Source: an uncultured delta proteobacterium
GTDB lineage: Bacteria > Myxococcota_A > Polyangia > Polyangiales > Polyangiaceae
Assembly: GCA_963806225.1 (NCBI GenBank)
Contig: CAWDXG010000002.1
Location: 18,210-82,209 of the forward strand
Length of the DNA stretch: 64,000 nt
Reading direction: 5' to 3'
The translations under genes and the position numbers were made by a program. Positions 6,560 through 17,678 of the stretch are shown piece after piece (the stretch's first letter is position 1; the number at the start of each line of letters is the position of its first letter). The notes under the pieces were generated by a model. It did no database searches. It saw nothing but the letters and a program-made list of their open reading frames with translations, and was not told the DNA's origin.

Positions 6560-9500
6560 ATGCGGGCCCGTCTCAACGCGGTGGAAGCCCTGGTCGGGCT
6601 GCCACGGCTCGCCGACGCCGCCGAGCGGCGCGCCAGCTGGCGCCAGGCGATCGCAGCGCTCGGGCAGAATGTCCGCGTGAAGGGGCCGCCGCCGCTCGAC
6701 GGCGCCGAGCCCGCTGCACTGGCGCGCGCCGCCCAGGTGGCTCTGGAGAGCGGGTTGGCCGACGATCTGGACTGGATCGCGCCGGGTGCGGCCGCAGTTG
6801 CGCTGTACGAGCTCAGCTCCGCGCTGCCGCCGGGGCGCGAGCGACGCGACGTGGGGCGGCGCGTGTTCGCTCGCCTGTACGAAGGCACGGCCAGCACCTT
6901 CGCTGCAGTCGCAACGCGCATGGCGCTCGGCTCGGGCAAACCGCTGGAGACCGCGACCCTGCGCGCGCGGGTCGGCCTCCTGTTCGACATGCCCGTGGGC
7001 AGCAGCGTGGACGCGGACGCATTGGCGCTGACCCTGGTCTCGCGCCGTGAGCTGCTCGAGCGCTGGGTCCTCGCTCCGTCGACCGGCGCGCTTCCGGCGC
7101 GGCGACTGGCGGCCAAGCTGCTGGAGCACGCGGCCCGCGAAGCAGTGATGCGCGCACAGCAGGGCGATCCGCACGCGCGCGATCTGTTCCTGGGCGAAAA
7201 TATCCGGCCGGTGTTCCAGCGACTGCTCGCCGACCGCGAGCCCCTGGTGTGGCGCCACGCGGCCGTGGCGCGCGGCCTGCTCGCCGCAGTGGCGTCGCGG
7301 CTGCGCGAAGAGATCGAGCTGGCGCTGGATCCGGCGCTCACACCGACCGAGTGGCGCCGCGCCGCGGTCTCGCTGGCAGCGAGCATCGTGGGCGATCCCG
7401 AGCTCTCCCCGAAAAGCTGCCGGGCGCTGCTGCACAGCGAGATCGCCGTCAAGGATCCGGGCATCGCGGCAACCATGGTGTGGGGCTTGCCCCGCGTGAT
7501 CGAGGCGGAGCCGGATCTCGCCGAGGAGCTGCTCGACCGTCTGAGCACCACACGGCGCCCCGACGTCGCCGAAGCGACCGCCAGCCTGCTGGGCGACACG
7601 CTGCACGCCACGTTCGGGGCGCGCGCAGCCGGCACACTGCGCGCCGTGCTGGCCTCGCGCGCCGAGAGCGAGAGCCCCGCGCAGCGGGCGATCACCGAGC
7701 GGGCTCTGCGCGTGCTGGACCGCGAGCACGTGGACGACGGAGCGTGCAGGAGCACGTGCGCCGCGCGCTGGTCGCCTACGAGACATCGGGGGCGCGCGCC
7801 GCGCACGAGCTGGCGCTCCACGCCGTCGCGGCGGCACAGAAGAACCTCGACCAGATCGTCGCGCACGACGCGCTCGACGAGGAGGCGCTGCCGGTGGGGC
7901 TCGGCCTCTTGACAGATCTGGACACCAGCGCGCTGGAGCGCTCGCGTCTGCCCGACCTCCTGCTGCTCGGCCGCCGCCCGGGCGACAGCGACAGCCAGCG
8001 TGCCGGAGATGGAGCAGATCTATCAGCGGATCAGCAGCTGGATCCTCGACGGCGAGGCGCGCGCCGTCGACGCCCCCTGGTCGCGCAGCGGCTCGCTCGC
8101 ACAGCGGCGGTTGCTCGTGGCGCTGCTGCATCTGGTGGATCTGGACACCGCTCGCAGCGATACCGATCAGGCCGGGGCGGGCGTGCGCGCCCGCGTGCGC
8201 CGCACGATCCAGGTGCTGGGCCGCTATCTGGCTTCGGGCCCGGACGCATCCGTGCACCGCATCCTGTGTGCCACGCTGGCCCGCAGCTTCGACGCCGCGG
8301 TGCGCGAGGGCGTCGCGGAGCCGAGCGACCTCCTGCTGCTCGTCGCCCAGCTGATCGCGGACCGGCACAGCATCGCGACGATCAGCGAGGCCTCGACGCA
8401 TCCGGACGTGAGCGGGTCGATGGGCGCGTACGCGGAGTTTCTGGGTGCCAGTCGCCACGGCCGAGAATGGAATCGCGCGCCGAGATCACCTCGGACACCG
8501 CCAGCGCGATGAGCATCGCCGGCAGCGACGACGAGTCGGCGATGGCACGGCGTGTGGTGCGGCTCAGCCGCGGGCTCGGCGCGGGGGGCTCGTACCGGAG
8601 CGAGGCGCTGCGCCAGGTCGTGCTGCGCATGGGCCGCGCGCTCGAGGTGGTGGCGGCAGCGCGCGGATTGAACGAGTTGGCCGACAGCACGGCTCCGGAG
8701 AGGATCGCGGTCGGCGAGCTCGAGACGAGCCGCCTCCGAGCTCCGGCGCCTGGCATCCGGCGCCCAACGCCGCCTCATGGACGATGACGCTCGGCCGACA
8801 TCGCGGTGGTCACCGACGTGGCTCCTCTCAGCGCGCCTGATCGGCTCGCGCCGTCAATGTCGGCGTCCCCGCCAACACCCAGCAGATCGGCATGGCGATC
8901 GGCGAGCTGGTCGGCGGAGCTGCCCCACGGGCTGGCCGCGGCGATCAAGCGTGTGGTCGAGCGCATCGAAGAGCTGCCGGTCGCAGCTGCGAGCGACGTG
9001 TACGCGATACCGCTCGGCAAGCGCCGCACCGCCCTGCCCGACTGGCTACTCCCACGCAGGACCATCGGCGCCTTCTACGTGGTCCGCGCGCTCGGCACCG
9101 GCGGCGTCAGCTCGGTGTTCGTCGCCCGGCGCATGGAGGAGCGACATGACCCCAAGGCCGAGTCCTTCGCCCTCAAGGTGCCGGAGTTCGATCCGGCCAC
9201 CGCGCGCAGCCTGTCGGAGCAGGAATTCCTCCAGATGTTCCGCGAGGAGGCCGGAGCGTTGCTGTCCCTGCCCCAGCATCCGAACCTGGCGCGCTTCGTC
9301 ACGTTCGACATGGCAGCGCGGCCGAAGCCGATCCTGGTGATGGAGCTCATCCGGGGCCAGGGGCTCGACCGGCTCGTGCGCAGCCGCTCCCTCTCGACCC
9401 AGCGTGCGCTGCACCACCTCGACGGGATCCTGGCCGGGCTGGAGGCCATGCACGGAGTCGGGCGTCGGCCACCTCGACGTGAAACCTTCAAACGTGATCC

Positions 9501-9949
9501 TCCGCGACGGCGAAACCCCGGTGCTGGTGGATTTCGGGCTCAGCGGACGGCAGCTCAGGCCGGGTTGCGGCACGCTCGAGTTCTGCGCGCCCGAGGTTCT
9601 GGGCGTGGTGCCGGACGGCGTGACGCCCTCCCCGCTGCAAGCCGACATGTATGCCTTCGCGTGCACAGCGTTCGAGGTGCTGACCGCAGAGCCACTTTTC
9701 GAAGCCCAGGACGAGACCGGCCTGATCACGGCTCAAGTATCGCATGATGGTTGGCCACCCAAGCTCGCGGAATTCGGTCGTTCCCAGGAGTTCTCTGGGC
9801 TCGGCGTAGTGCTGGCGGCCTGTCTCCGGCGCGATCCCCGCGACCGGCCGACAGCCAGCGAAACCCGTGCCGCGCTTTCGCAGGCCGGCACCGCGCTCGG
9901 GGGCCTCCGCTGGCCCCTCCAGCTGCCGGAAACCGCTGCCAGCGCCTGA
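6560..9949 (+). pseudogene. Large Ser/Thr protein kinase (~830-aa helical N-terminal region plus C-terminal kinase domain), multiply frameshifted
   Basis: Protein-like sequence hops between frames without start codons: ..RVLDREHVDDG to SVQEHVRRALVAYE (~7740), ..RPGDSDSQ to VPEMEQIYQRISS (~7995), and ..AYAEFLG to PRMESRAEITSD (~8455). The stretch 8720-8930 is scrambled and has a TGA at 8785. In the kinase domain, EAMHGVG shifts to VGHLDVKPSNV at the G-run 9470-9472. Kinase motifs are GTGGVSSVFV, FALKV, HLDVKPSN, DFG and APE. Confidence 0.7.
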
Positions 9950-9961
9950 AGCTGCCCGTCG

Positions 9962-10564
9962 ATGATGTTGCGTCCCGGCATCGAGAGTGTCCGGTTCCGG
10001 ACCGGACGAAGCTGGCTCTGGGGCATGCTGGTGGCTCTGGCAACTGGAGCGGGCTGTCACCCGGATTCGGGAGCCACGGTCCAGCTCGTCGTCGGCCGCG
10101 GCGACGCCGGACAGAGAAGCTTCGTGCCCAGGACGGCGTTGGCTCGATACGTGGAGCTGCCGCGCGAGCACAACGAGCTGATCCTGACGCTGTCGAGCTA
10201 CGAGGCCTCGTGCGAGCGGTTCGTGCCGCCCGGGGCCGGCCAGGCTTCGGTCACGGTGACCATCGTGACGCCACCGGGCCGGAAGCCGGGAGCCGGAAGC
10301 TATGACTGGAGCGGGCCCGATCCGCGCGGCGGAACGAAGAGCCGCCCCGAGCACGCCTACGCCGAGCCTACCGCCCGCATCGGGTCCCGCAGCTACATCT
10401 TCCCGCCCGGCGGCAGCGTGCAGCTCAAACGCGTTGCGCTCGACCCCCACGGCCGCGTGGACGGCCTGCTGGCGTTCGAGTTCCCGGGCGATGCGGAGCG
10501 CCCGGCCATGAGCATCAAGGGACGCTTCCACGCGAAGATCTGCCGCCTGGACAAGGCAGATTGA
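9962..10564 (+). CDS. Lipoprotein, unknown function
   Basis: The gene starts at ATG 9962. The signal peptide with lipobox is GMLVALATGAGC. The product is 200 aa with good codon bias. Confidence 0.7.
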   Translation: MMLRPGIESVRFRTGRSWLWGMLVALATGAGCHPDSGATVQLVVGRGDAGQRSFVPRTALARYVELPREHNELILTLSSYEASCERFVPPGAGQASVTVTIVTPPGRKPGAGSYDWSGPDPRGGTKSRPEHAYAEPTARIGSRSYIFPPGGSVQLKRVALDPHGRVDGLLAFEFPGDAERPAMSIKGRFHAKICRLDKAD

Positions 10565-11808
10565 GCCGCTTGGCACGCTTCCTGGGGCTCTCGTCCGACG
10601 ACATGCGCTCGACGCGGGCGCTGGGCACCGTCATCGGCCTGTACACGCTCGCCGAGTTCCTGGTCGAGGGGGTGGCGACCGCAGCGTTCCTGGCGCGGAT
10701 CGGCGCTGCGTTGCTCCCGCTTGCGCTGGCGGCCCGGGCGCTGGCCGAGGTCGTGCTGTCGGTCGGCTTCGGCCAGCTTGCCGCCCGCTGGAGCGCGGCG
10801 CGCACCCTGCGCAGCGTGGCGCTGCTCGGCGCGGTCGCGGTCGCTGTGTGCGCCCTGATCGCCGGCACCTCGGCCGGGGTGTGGGCCGCGTTCGTCACCG
10901 CTTCAGTGCTGGCGCGGCTGCGCGTGATCCACTTCGGCGTGCTGGCGCTGGAGGAGCTGGAGGGCGGCTCGGCGCCGCGCGCACTGCCGGTCGTGTACGC
11001 CTGCGCCCGCGCCGGCGCGATCCTGGCCGGTCCGGTGCTGGCGCTGGCCGCGGGACCGCTGGGTGCTGCGCCGCTCTTGGCGGTCGCTGCGGCGGTCTAC
11101 GCGCTGGGCGCGCTGATGCAGGGGCGGTGGCTGGGCGACGGGGCGACGGCGCGCTCGGTTCCGCCCCCGAGTCTGCAGCAGGACGAGGAGGCGCTCCCGT
11201 CCCTGCCCGGCCGGGTGCCGGAACGAACGCCACGTTGGCTGCTCGGTGCGATCCTGATCGGAGCCGCGGCGCTCGCAGCCGGCCGCATCGCACTGCGCAC
11301 GCAAAGCGGCGCGATCCTGCAAGCGAGCTTCTCCGAAGCGCGCCTGGCCAGCGTGCTCGGCGTGTACTTCGCCGTGGCGGGCAGCGCGGCGCTGGTGCTG
11401 CAGCTGGGGGTGGTGGGACGCGTGCTCTCCGCCGATGGCTTGCCGTGGCTCAACCTGGGTTGGGCTGGTGCGTATCTGGGTGCCCAGTTGCTGCTCGCGT
11501 TCGGCCCGGCGACCGTGGCCATCGCCCTGGGCGCCCGGCTGGTGGAGAGCGAGCTGCGCAACGCCGTCCGCACGCCGGTGGCCAACCTGCTCTACGACGC
11601 GATGCCGCCCGAGCGCAGGGCCCCGGCCCGGACACTCGTGATCGGCGTGACGATACCGCTGGTCTCGCTCGCCGGCGGCCTGGCTCTGGGGGTGACGGGC
11701 GCGCCCCCCGCTGCCCTCGCCGCCGTGGGCATCGCGGCCGCCGTGGTGCTCGCGCTCGCTGCCTGGGCCCAGAACCGGGCCTGGCGCACGTCGCTGCCCG
11801 CCCGATGA
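10561..11808 (+). CDS. Multi-pass membrane protein, possibly an MFS-type transporter
   Basis: The product is very hydrophobic and Ala/Leu/Gly/Val-rich throughout, with one central hydrophilic loop. TTG 10561 overlaps the upstream stop; the alternative start is ATG 10603. Confidence 0.6.
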   Translation: MSRLARFLGLSSDDMRSTRALGTVIGLYTLAEFLVEGVATAAFLARIGAALLPLALAARALAEVVLSVGFGQLAARWSAARTLRSVALLGAVAVAVCALIAGTSAGVWAAFVTASVLARLRVIHFGVLALEELEGGSAPRALPVVYACARAGAILAGPVLALAAGPLGAAPLLAVAAAVYALGALMQGRWLGDGATARSVPPPSLQQDEEALPSLPGRVPERTPRWLLGAILIGAAALAAGRIALRTQSGAILQASFSEARLASVLGVYFAVAGSAALVLQLGVVGRVLSADGLPWLNLGWAGAYLGAQLLLAFGPATVAIALGARLVESELRNAVRTPVANLLYDAMPPERRAPARTLVIGVTIPLVSLAGGLALGVTGAPPAALAAVGIAAAVVLALAAWAQNRAWRTSLPAR

Positions 11809-11871
11809 GGGCATTTGTCAGCACGGTGCCGCCTCGGGTAGGTTCGGCCGAGCCTGACCGGGGAGACACCG

Positions 11872-13830
11872 ATGCATTTTCCAAGCCTCAGCGTCCGCGG
11901 CAAGATCATGGGCACCATCATCGTGGTTGCAGCGGTGGTGCTCGCGCTCGGCTCGTATGCCGCGTTCAACGCGGTCCGCAACGCGGAAGGCCGGGGCCGC
12001 TATCTGGAAAAGCACTACCTCCGGTTCGAGTCGACGCTGGCGGATGCCGGGACCGGTGACTTCGCAGCCGCACTGCTCATGGCGAGCGACCCGACGCTGG
12101 CCCAGGCGCTCCAGGCGGGGGAGCCCGCGCAGGTGGTGGAAGCGTCGAAGCGACTGTCGGAGGCGCTGCAGGGCACGATCGCGCCGGACCTGTTCGTGAT
12201 CTCCGACGCGAAGGGCAACACGTTCAGCGGAGGCAGCCTGAGGCCGGTCCCCTCCGACCAGTGGCGCTCGATGCGCCTGTACCAGGACCTGCGCGGTGGC
12301 AAGGGCGTGCGCGGCAAGCTGGCCGTGATCGGCAACCACGCCTACCGCGTTGCCGGCGCGCCCGTGAAGAACGGAAACCAGATCGTCGGCACGGTGATGA
12401 TCGCCGAGCAGCTCGATCGCTTCCTTGACCAGTTCGCGGCCAACTCCGGCTCGGACAAGCCCGCCAAGCAGCACCGCGTCTCGCTGGTCTCGCGCGACAA
12501 GGTGCTGGCCAGCGCCATGCCGAAGAAGGACTGGGGTCCACTGGTCAAGGCGGTGGAGGCTCCGGGCACCGCGCGAGAAGGCAAGATCACGGTACCTGTG
12601 CTCGACGTGGGCGGCTCGCTGTACGACTTCTGGAGCGCGCCGGTGCACGGCTACGAGCGCAGCGGCGACCCGGAAACGAACGTGATCGGCACGTTCTACC
12701 TGGTGCGCACGCGCTCTCACGTCACGGCCGACCTGCGCGAGGCGTACCTGGGCATCGGCGGCTTCTTCGGGCTCGCGCTCTTGATCGCCTTGCTCTTCGG
12801 CTACCTGCTGGCCGTGCAGATCACACGCCCGCTCCGGCGCTACATCGAGGTGACCGGGGATCTGTCGCGCGGGCAGGCCGATCTCGGCAAGCGCCTCGCA
12901 GTCGAGACGGGTGACGAGCTGGGTGTCCTGGCGCGCAACCTCAACCGGGCGTTTGCCAAGATCCACAGCCTGGCCGCCAGCGTGCAGCGCTCCGCGTTCC
13001 AGGTGAACTCGTCCAGCGGCGAGATCTCGACCGTGAGCAAGCAGATGCTCGACGGCGCCAAGCAGCAGGCCGGCAAGATCTCCAACTCGACAGCCGCCGT
13101 CACCGAGCTTTCCTCGTCGATCCAGCAGGTCGCCGAGAACGCGGCCGAGGCGACCCGCCGCGCCAAGGCCAGCGGCGAAGCGGTCACGCGGGCGATCCAG
13201 AGGCTGGGCCAGATCCGCCAGACCGTGGAGGACGCCGCCAACCGCATCGGCATGCTCGGCGAGAGTGGCAAGCGCATCGGCAACATTGTCGAGGTGATCC
13301 GCCAGATCAGCGAGCAGACGACCATGCTGGCGCTGAACGCCGCGATCGAGGCCGCGCACGCGGGCGAGCACGGCCGGGGCTTCGCGGTGGTCGCCGACGA
13401 GGTCAGCTCGTTGGCCAAGCGCACCGGCCAGAGCGCCCGCGACATCGAGGACCTGATCGCCACCATCCGCGACCAGACCGGCGAAGCGGTGCGCACGATG
13501 CAGGAGGGGTCGAGCGAGGTGGAGGAAGGCACGGGTCTGGTGGAAGCCACGCTCGCCGACCTCAAGACACTGGTCAACGTCATCGACGACACCGCGTCGG
13601 CAGTGCAGGAGCAGGCCATCGCCTCCGACGAGATCGCGCGCAACATGGACGCCGTGCAGCGCATCGCCGACGAGGTCCTCGCATCGAGCGAGAACGCCGT
13701 GACCCAGGGAGACCGGCTGCAGAAGCTCGCCGACGAGCTGGAGGAGAGTGTGAAGGGATTCCGTATCGATCCGGAGCGCGCGCTGCTCGACGAAGCCGAG
13801 CTCAAGGCGCTGCCGGAGGGCCATTCGTGA
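11872..13830 (+). CDS. Methyl-accepting chemotaxis protein
   Basis: TM1 is [17 protein letters not shown], followed by a ~270-aa periplasmic sensor region, TM2, and HAMP. The invariant hairpin-tip motif [36 protein letters not shown] is present. Confidence 0.95.
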   Translation: MHFPSLSVRGKIMGTIIVVAAVVLALGSYAAFNAVRNAEGRGRYLEKHYLRFESTLADAGTGDFAAALLMASDPTLAQALQAGEPAQVVEASKRLSEALQGTIAPDLFVISDAKGNTFSGGSLRPVPSDQWRSMRLYQDLRGGKGVRGKLAVIGNHAYRVAGAPVKNGNQIVGTVMIAEQLDRFLDQFAANSGSDKPAKQHRVSLVSRDKVLASAMPKKDWGPLVKAVEAPGTAREGKITVPVLDVGGSLYDFWSAPVHGYERSGDPETNVIGTFYLVRTRSHVTADLREAYLGIGGFFGLALLIALLFGYLLAVQITRPLRRYIEVTGDLSRGQADLGKRLAVETGDELGVLARNLNRAFAKIHSLAASVQRSAFQVNSSSGEISTVSKQMLDGAKQQAGKISNSTAAVTELSSSIQQVAENAAEATRRAKASGEAVTRAIQRLGQIRQTVEDAANRIGMLGESGKRIGNIVEVIRQISEQTTMLALNAAIEAAHAGEHGRGFAVVADEVSSLAKRTGQSARDIEDLIATIRDQTGEAVRTMQEGSSEVEEGTGLVEATLADLKTLVNVIDDTASAVQEQAIASDEIARNMDAVQRIADEVLASSENAVTQGDRLQKLADELEESVKGFRIDPERALLDEAELKALPEGHS

Positions 13831-14558
13831 GGACAGTCGCCGGCGCGATCGCCATCCTGCTGGGCTCCGCGTGCAGCCTGGCCTGCAGCAGCAGCACGCC
13901 GAGCAGCGGTGCTACAGGCCCGGCCGGGTCACCGGGCATTGCCGTACAGGCACTGCTGCCGAGCGGGGGTCCGGCGTGGAAGCCAGGCGACAGCGGCTGC
14001 GTCGAGCTCGGGCAGGACGCCAACGCGACGATCGGCGTGGAGGTCAAGCTCGACAACTGGACGCTCCGGCCGCCGTATACCTGCGGCGCGACGCCCCAGT
14101 GCGGCTACGTCCAGGTCCAGGTCGATCCGCAGGGCGACAACGGCGCGGCGCTCTCCGCGCAGGCCGCGGCCAGCCTGGTGCCGGTTCCGTTCGCGTCGCT
14201 GCCGGGCGCGCTCGGTCAGCACACGCTGCGCGTCGAGCTGCGCGGCGACCACAATGGGCCGGTCATCGACAAGAAGACCGGACAGCCCTACGCGGTGGAC
14301 CTCCAGGTCACGCTGGGCGCGCCAGGAACCTGCGGCGGTGGACCGACGGATGCGGGCAGCGACGCCGACTCGGGCAGCGACGCCGGCGATGCCGCCGCGG
14401 ACAGCAGCGACGCGGGAGACGCTTCCAGCGACGCGACCGCCGACTCGGGCAGCGACGCGGGCGACGCTTCCAGCGATGCTGCCGCCGATTCTGGCGACGC
14501 TTCCAGCGACGCGGCCGCCGACTCGGGCAGCGACGCGGGCGACGCCGCGGCGGACTGA
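13827..14558 (+). CDS. Lipoprotein with acidic Asp/Ser/Ala repeat tail
   Basis: GTG 13827 overlaps the MCP stop (GTGA). The signal peptide is [10 protein letters not shown]. The C-terminus is a repeat of DAGDASSDA(T/A)ADSGS. Confidence 0.75.
   Translation: MRTVAGAIAILLGSACSLACSSSTPSSGATGPAGSPGIAVQALLPSGGPAWKPGDSGCVELGQDANATIGVEVKLDNWTLRPPYTCGATPQCGYVQVQVDPQGDNGAALSAQAAASLVPVPFASLPGALGQHTLRVELRGDHNGPVIDKKTGQPYAVDLQVTLGAPGTCGGGPTDAGSDADSGSDAGDAAADSSDAGDASSDATADSGSDAGDASSDAAADSGDASSDAAADSGSDAGDAAAD
14346..14555 (+). repeat. Coding tandem repeat (about 39-45 nt units)
   Basis: GACGCGGG(A/C)GACGCTTCCAGCGA(C/T)GC..GCCGA(C/T)TC(G/T)GGCAGC reiterates. It encodes the acidic tail of the lipoprotein. 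Confidence 0.8.
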
Positions 14559-14567
14559 CCGCCTGCG

Positions 14568-16205
14568 TCAGGGATGCACGAACAGCACCGTGCCCTTGAG
14601 CGGTAGCAGCACGCCGTGCCAGCCGACCGGCACCTGCGGGTCGGTCCAGTAGAAGATACGCCGGGCATCCTCGGGCGAGAGGTTGATGCAGCCATGACTC
14701 TTCGGGATGCCGAAGCGGTCATGCCAGTACGCACCGTGCAGCGCGTAGCCCTGCTTGTCGAAGTACTCCACGTACGGCACATCGCGCAGCTCGAAGCTCT
14801 CGCCCACCTCGTCCGAGCTCATCGTGGCCGTGATGTGCTTGGTGTGGATACGGAAGATGCCGCGCTTGGTGGCCGTCGTGTGCTTGGGATCCTCGAGCCC
14901 CGCCTCCCCGCTCGAGATGAGCGTCGCGTACACGGCCTTCGTGCCTTCGTACAACACCAGCGTCTGCTTGGTGAGGTTCACGTCGATCCACTTGTCGCCG
15001 TTCTTTCCCCAGGCCGGCATGCGCTTGGCCGGGTCGAGACGCGACGCATCCATGTCGCTCAGCCACTTGTGATCCGCGGTCTCGTAATGCAGCCGCTTGT
15101 GGAAGAACTGCTGCTTGCCGGTGAGCTTGATCGCGTGGCGGTAGGGTGCTTCGCCGCCGTCCTTCAACTTGCCGTCCTTGACGACCACATAGTGCGCACT
15201 GGGCTGGCGCACGATCGCGAACGGGAAGTCGATGTCCTGGGGGATCTGGAAGCCGTGGAAATCCGAGCCCTGGATCGGGCGCAGGCGATCGGTGGGGATC
15301 ACGAGCAGATCGGTCGTGAGGGCATAGCGACGACCCTGGTAGAGGAACGTCTTGAGGATCGAGTAGCCGACGTGCGATTTCATGTGGCCGACGACGAGCG
15401 CATCCTTGTCGCGTGGCTTCCTGTAGATATTGGGAGTCGCCGCGTTGTTCTTCAGGAACCACGGCAGCGGGTCGGAGGTCTTGTTCGTCCACGCTTCGGC
15501 GGGATCCGGGGCGGGCCCGATGCCGCCCATCCATACGTCCTGGGCGTAGCTGGCGCCGATCTCGCCCTTGGCGGCGAGCCACTTCGGCATGCGTTCGTCG
15601 ATGCTGGGCTCCGCCTTGCGCAGCTCCGCGGCGGTGGGCAGGCGCGCATAGATCGGTCCCGGACGCCGCACGGTACCGTAGATGTACGGAAGCTCGCGCA
15701 GGGGGTCGGGCGGATACTCGCGCGTCGCGCGCACGATCGGATCGTTCGCGTCGAGCGTGGCGCGACGCCCGATGCACACGTAGCCGCGCGGCTGTACAGG
15801 ATACCAGCCGCCCTTGCAGTCCGCGTAGCCCGCGGCCTTGTGGCTGGTCGGGGTCGACGCGCCCGCACGCATGTAGCCGAGCCGCGCCGAAGACCGGCTC
15901 GGGCGCTCGTGGATCCACGTCCGGAGCGCACGGCTGTAGACGCGCGGAGCGCCCGGGTCGACCACCGCAACGCTCAAGGGATGGCTCTTGCCACTGAGCG
16001 AGACAACGGGCGGCTGCGCTGCGACAGGCGGAGCCTTGGGAAGCGGAGCGGCTGCGCTGCCTCGCGCCCCGTCGGCGGAAGCGCGCGGACTTTCGGAGCC
16101 CGTCTCGGCAGGCTCCGCCTTGCTCGTCGGCTCGGCGCGGTGGTGCGAGCACGCCGCCAGCAGCAGCAACAGAGCAGCCGGCTTCGGGAACGCTGTCAGC
16201 CTCAT
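14568..16205 (-). CDS. L,D-transpeptidase (YkuD domain) lipoprotein
   Basis: The C-terminal sequence YALHGAYWHDRFGIPKSHGCINL has the H..SHGC catalytic motif. The signal peptide is MRLTAFPKPAALLLLLAAC, from ATG 16205. Confidence 0.9.
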   Translation of the reverse strand: MRLTAFPKPAALLLLLAACSHHRAEPTSKAEPAETGSESPRASADGARGSAAAPLPKAPPVAAQPPVVSLSGKSHPLSVAVVDPGAPRVYSRALRTWIHERPSRSSARLGYMRAGASTPTSHKAAGYADCKGGWYPVQPRGYVCIGRRATLDANDPIVRATREYPPDPLRELPYIYGTVRRPGPIYARLPTAAELRKAEPSIDERMPKWLAAKGEIGASYAQDVWMGGIGPAPDPAEAWTNKTSDPLPWFLKNNAATPNIYRKPRDKDALVVGHMKSHVGYSILKTFLYQGRRYALTTDLLVIPTDRLRPIQGSDFHGFQIPQDIDFPFAIVRQPSAHYVVVKDGKLKDGGEAPYRHAIKLTGKQQFFHKRLHYETADHKWLSDMDASRLDPAKRMPAWGKNGDKWIDVNLTKQTLVLYEGTKAVYATLISSGEAGLEDPKHTTATKRGIFRIHTKHITATMSSDEVGESFELRDVPYVEYFDKQGYALHGAYWHDRFGIPKSHGCINLSPEDARRIFYWTDPQVPVGWHGVLLPLKGTVLFVHP

Positions 16206-16428
16206 GCCCCGGCTAGATCGCACAGACGGGCGCGAATCTGCCAGAAAGCGGGCCGCCAAAGCGCCGCAGCGAGCTCGTCCCGGGCCATGGAAAAGGAAAG
16301 GCAGCAGCCCGGGCGGAGGGGGGGTACACCGCGAGCCACTGCCGTGGCCCCTTGTTGCAGCAATTCACATGCCGCGGCTAGATTCATGTAAATACAAATA
16401 GATACGCTATTCATACGGGGCCAATATT

Positions 16429-16442
16429 TTTCATATATGAAA
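16429..16442. promoter_or_regulatory. Perfect 14-bp AT palindrome inside an AT-rich island (candidate operator)
   Basis: TTTCATATATGAAA is its own reverse complement. It lies in the only strongly AT-rich stretch seen in the window (about 16381-16450), between divergent genes. Confidence 0.3.
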
Positions 16443-16632
16443 TGTCTTCGTCGGATCAGAAATGCGCGCCGGCGCCGAGCGCGCTCCGATTCGGGCGCTC
16501 CGGCTGCACGCAGACTGGGGGGCAGGAAGGATGCGCTGCAAAACTGGTCGACATCCCGCCGCGCTGATCTAGCTTCGCGCCCGCGGATCGCGGGCGTCCG
16601 GCAGGCCATCAGGACATGAACGCGCACCTCGA

Positions 16633-17604
16633 ATGCTCCTCAGCCACGTAAGCCCAGAACGGCTCGAATTCAGCCGCTATCGGCGAACCCGCGCCCCGGT
16701 TCTCGTGGGCGTCGCCTTCGCGGCCTTGGCGCTGTTGCCGCTCCTCTCGCCGGGTCCCGTCACGGCGTGGCGCGTCATCACGTCGGCAGTGCTGCTGCTC
16801 TCGGCGATCCTGCTCATCCGGTTCACCCGTCCTCGCTGGACCCATGTCGTCTTGCGGGTGCGCGATCGCGTTCTGGAACGCGACGGGCTCGAGATCCCGC
16901 TCGGCGACTGCGCCGTGCAGTTGGTCGGCGCGCGCGACGAGGCCCCCCCCTACCCGGGGGCGACGTACCGCGCCGAGCTCGTGCTCCCCGACGCCGACGG
17001 TCGCCGCGAGCTATTGCTCGAGCGTGACGAGCCTGCCGGCGTGCTGTCCGACTTGATCCGAATCCGCGCGGTGCTTCCGCTGCCGGTACGGGGCGGCTGG
17101 GGACTGCCGGCTGATGCAGCGCCGTGGGACACGCCGAAGCAGGAACAGTCGCCGCCGAGACGTGGCGGCGCGCCGATCGACGCGCTGGTGCGGCGCCATC
17201 CGGCACAACGCTCCTCGGCGGTGACGACGCTCATCGGCGGCATCGGCACCGCGACGGCGATGGGCATCATGATCGGCGCGCAGCGCGAGCGCGGCCTTCC
17301 CGTCTCGGCGTTGAGCCTGACACTCGCCGGCGCAACAGTGGTCCTGATCGTGCTGATCGGCGCGTTCATCGCATCCGATCGATTGCGCATCCAGGGCGAC
17401 GACGAGCTGTGCATCGAACGCCGCGCGCTCGGGATCGCCTGGAAGCGCCAGACCATCCAGCGCAGCGCGTTGCGTCACGCCTGGACGGTCGGACCCGACC
17501 CTGCCGAACCGCACCACCTGCTCCTGCAGCTGGACAGCGGCCTCCTCGCCCTGCCCTGCGTCGGCGACCAGGCACGAAAGCTCCAGTCACAGCTCGACGC
17601 CTGA
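16633..17604 (+). CDS. Membrane protein, unknown function
   Basis: The gene starts at ATG 16633. It has two N-terminal TM segments (VLVGVAFAALALLPLL, ITSAVLLLSAILLI) and two central ones. Codon bias is coding-like. Confidence 0.7.
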   Translation: MLLSHVSPERLEFSRYRRTRAPVLVGVAFAALALLPLLSPGPVTAWRVITSAVLLLSAILLIRFTRPRWTHVVLRVRDRVLERDGLEIPLGDCAVQLVGARDEAPPYPGATYRAELVLPDADGRRELLLERDEPAGVLSDLIRIRAVLPLPVRGGWGLPADAAPWDTPKQEQSPPRRGGAPIDALVRRHPAQRSSAVTTLIGGIGTATAMGIMIGAQRERGLPVSALSLTLAGATVVLIVLIGAFIASDRLRIQGDDELCIERRALGIAWKRQTIQRSALRHAWTVGPDPAEPHHLLLQLDSGLLALPCVGDQARKLQSQLDA

Positions 17605-17622
17605 TCAGGCGGCGCACATAGC

Positions 17623-17658
17623 ACGAGCGCCCGTCCGGATCACCGGACAGGCGCTCGT
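17623..17658. terminator. Bidirectional hairpin between convergent genes
   Basis: ACGAGCGCCCGTCCGG-atca-CCGGACAGGCGCTCGT forms a 16-bp stem with one mismatch. It lies between the stops at 17604 and 17679. Confidence 0.55.
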
Positions 17659-17678
17659 CAGCCGTACGACGCAGAGCG

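Noticed and set aside
6284-8458. Very long ORFs opposite real genes, for example 6284-8458(-), 11818-13824(-), 14616-16391(+), 38725-40248(+), 43473-45461(+) and 56567-59365(+).
   Set aside because: Their translations are Arg/Ala/Gly/Pro-dominated with no motifs. Each is antisense to a gene with clear family motifs. These are typical stop-poor shadow ORFs of GC-rich DNA.
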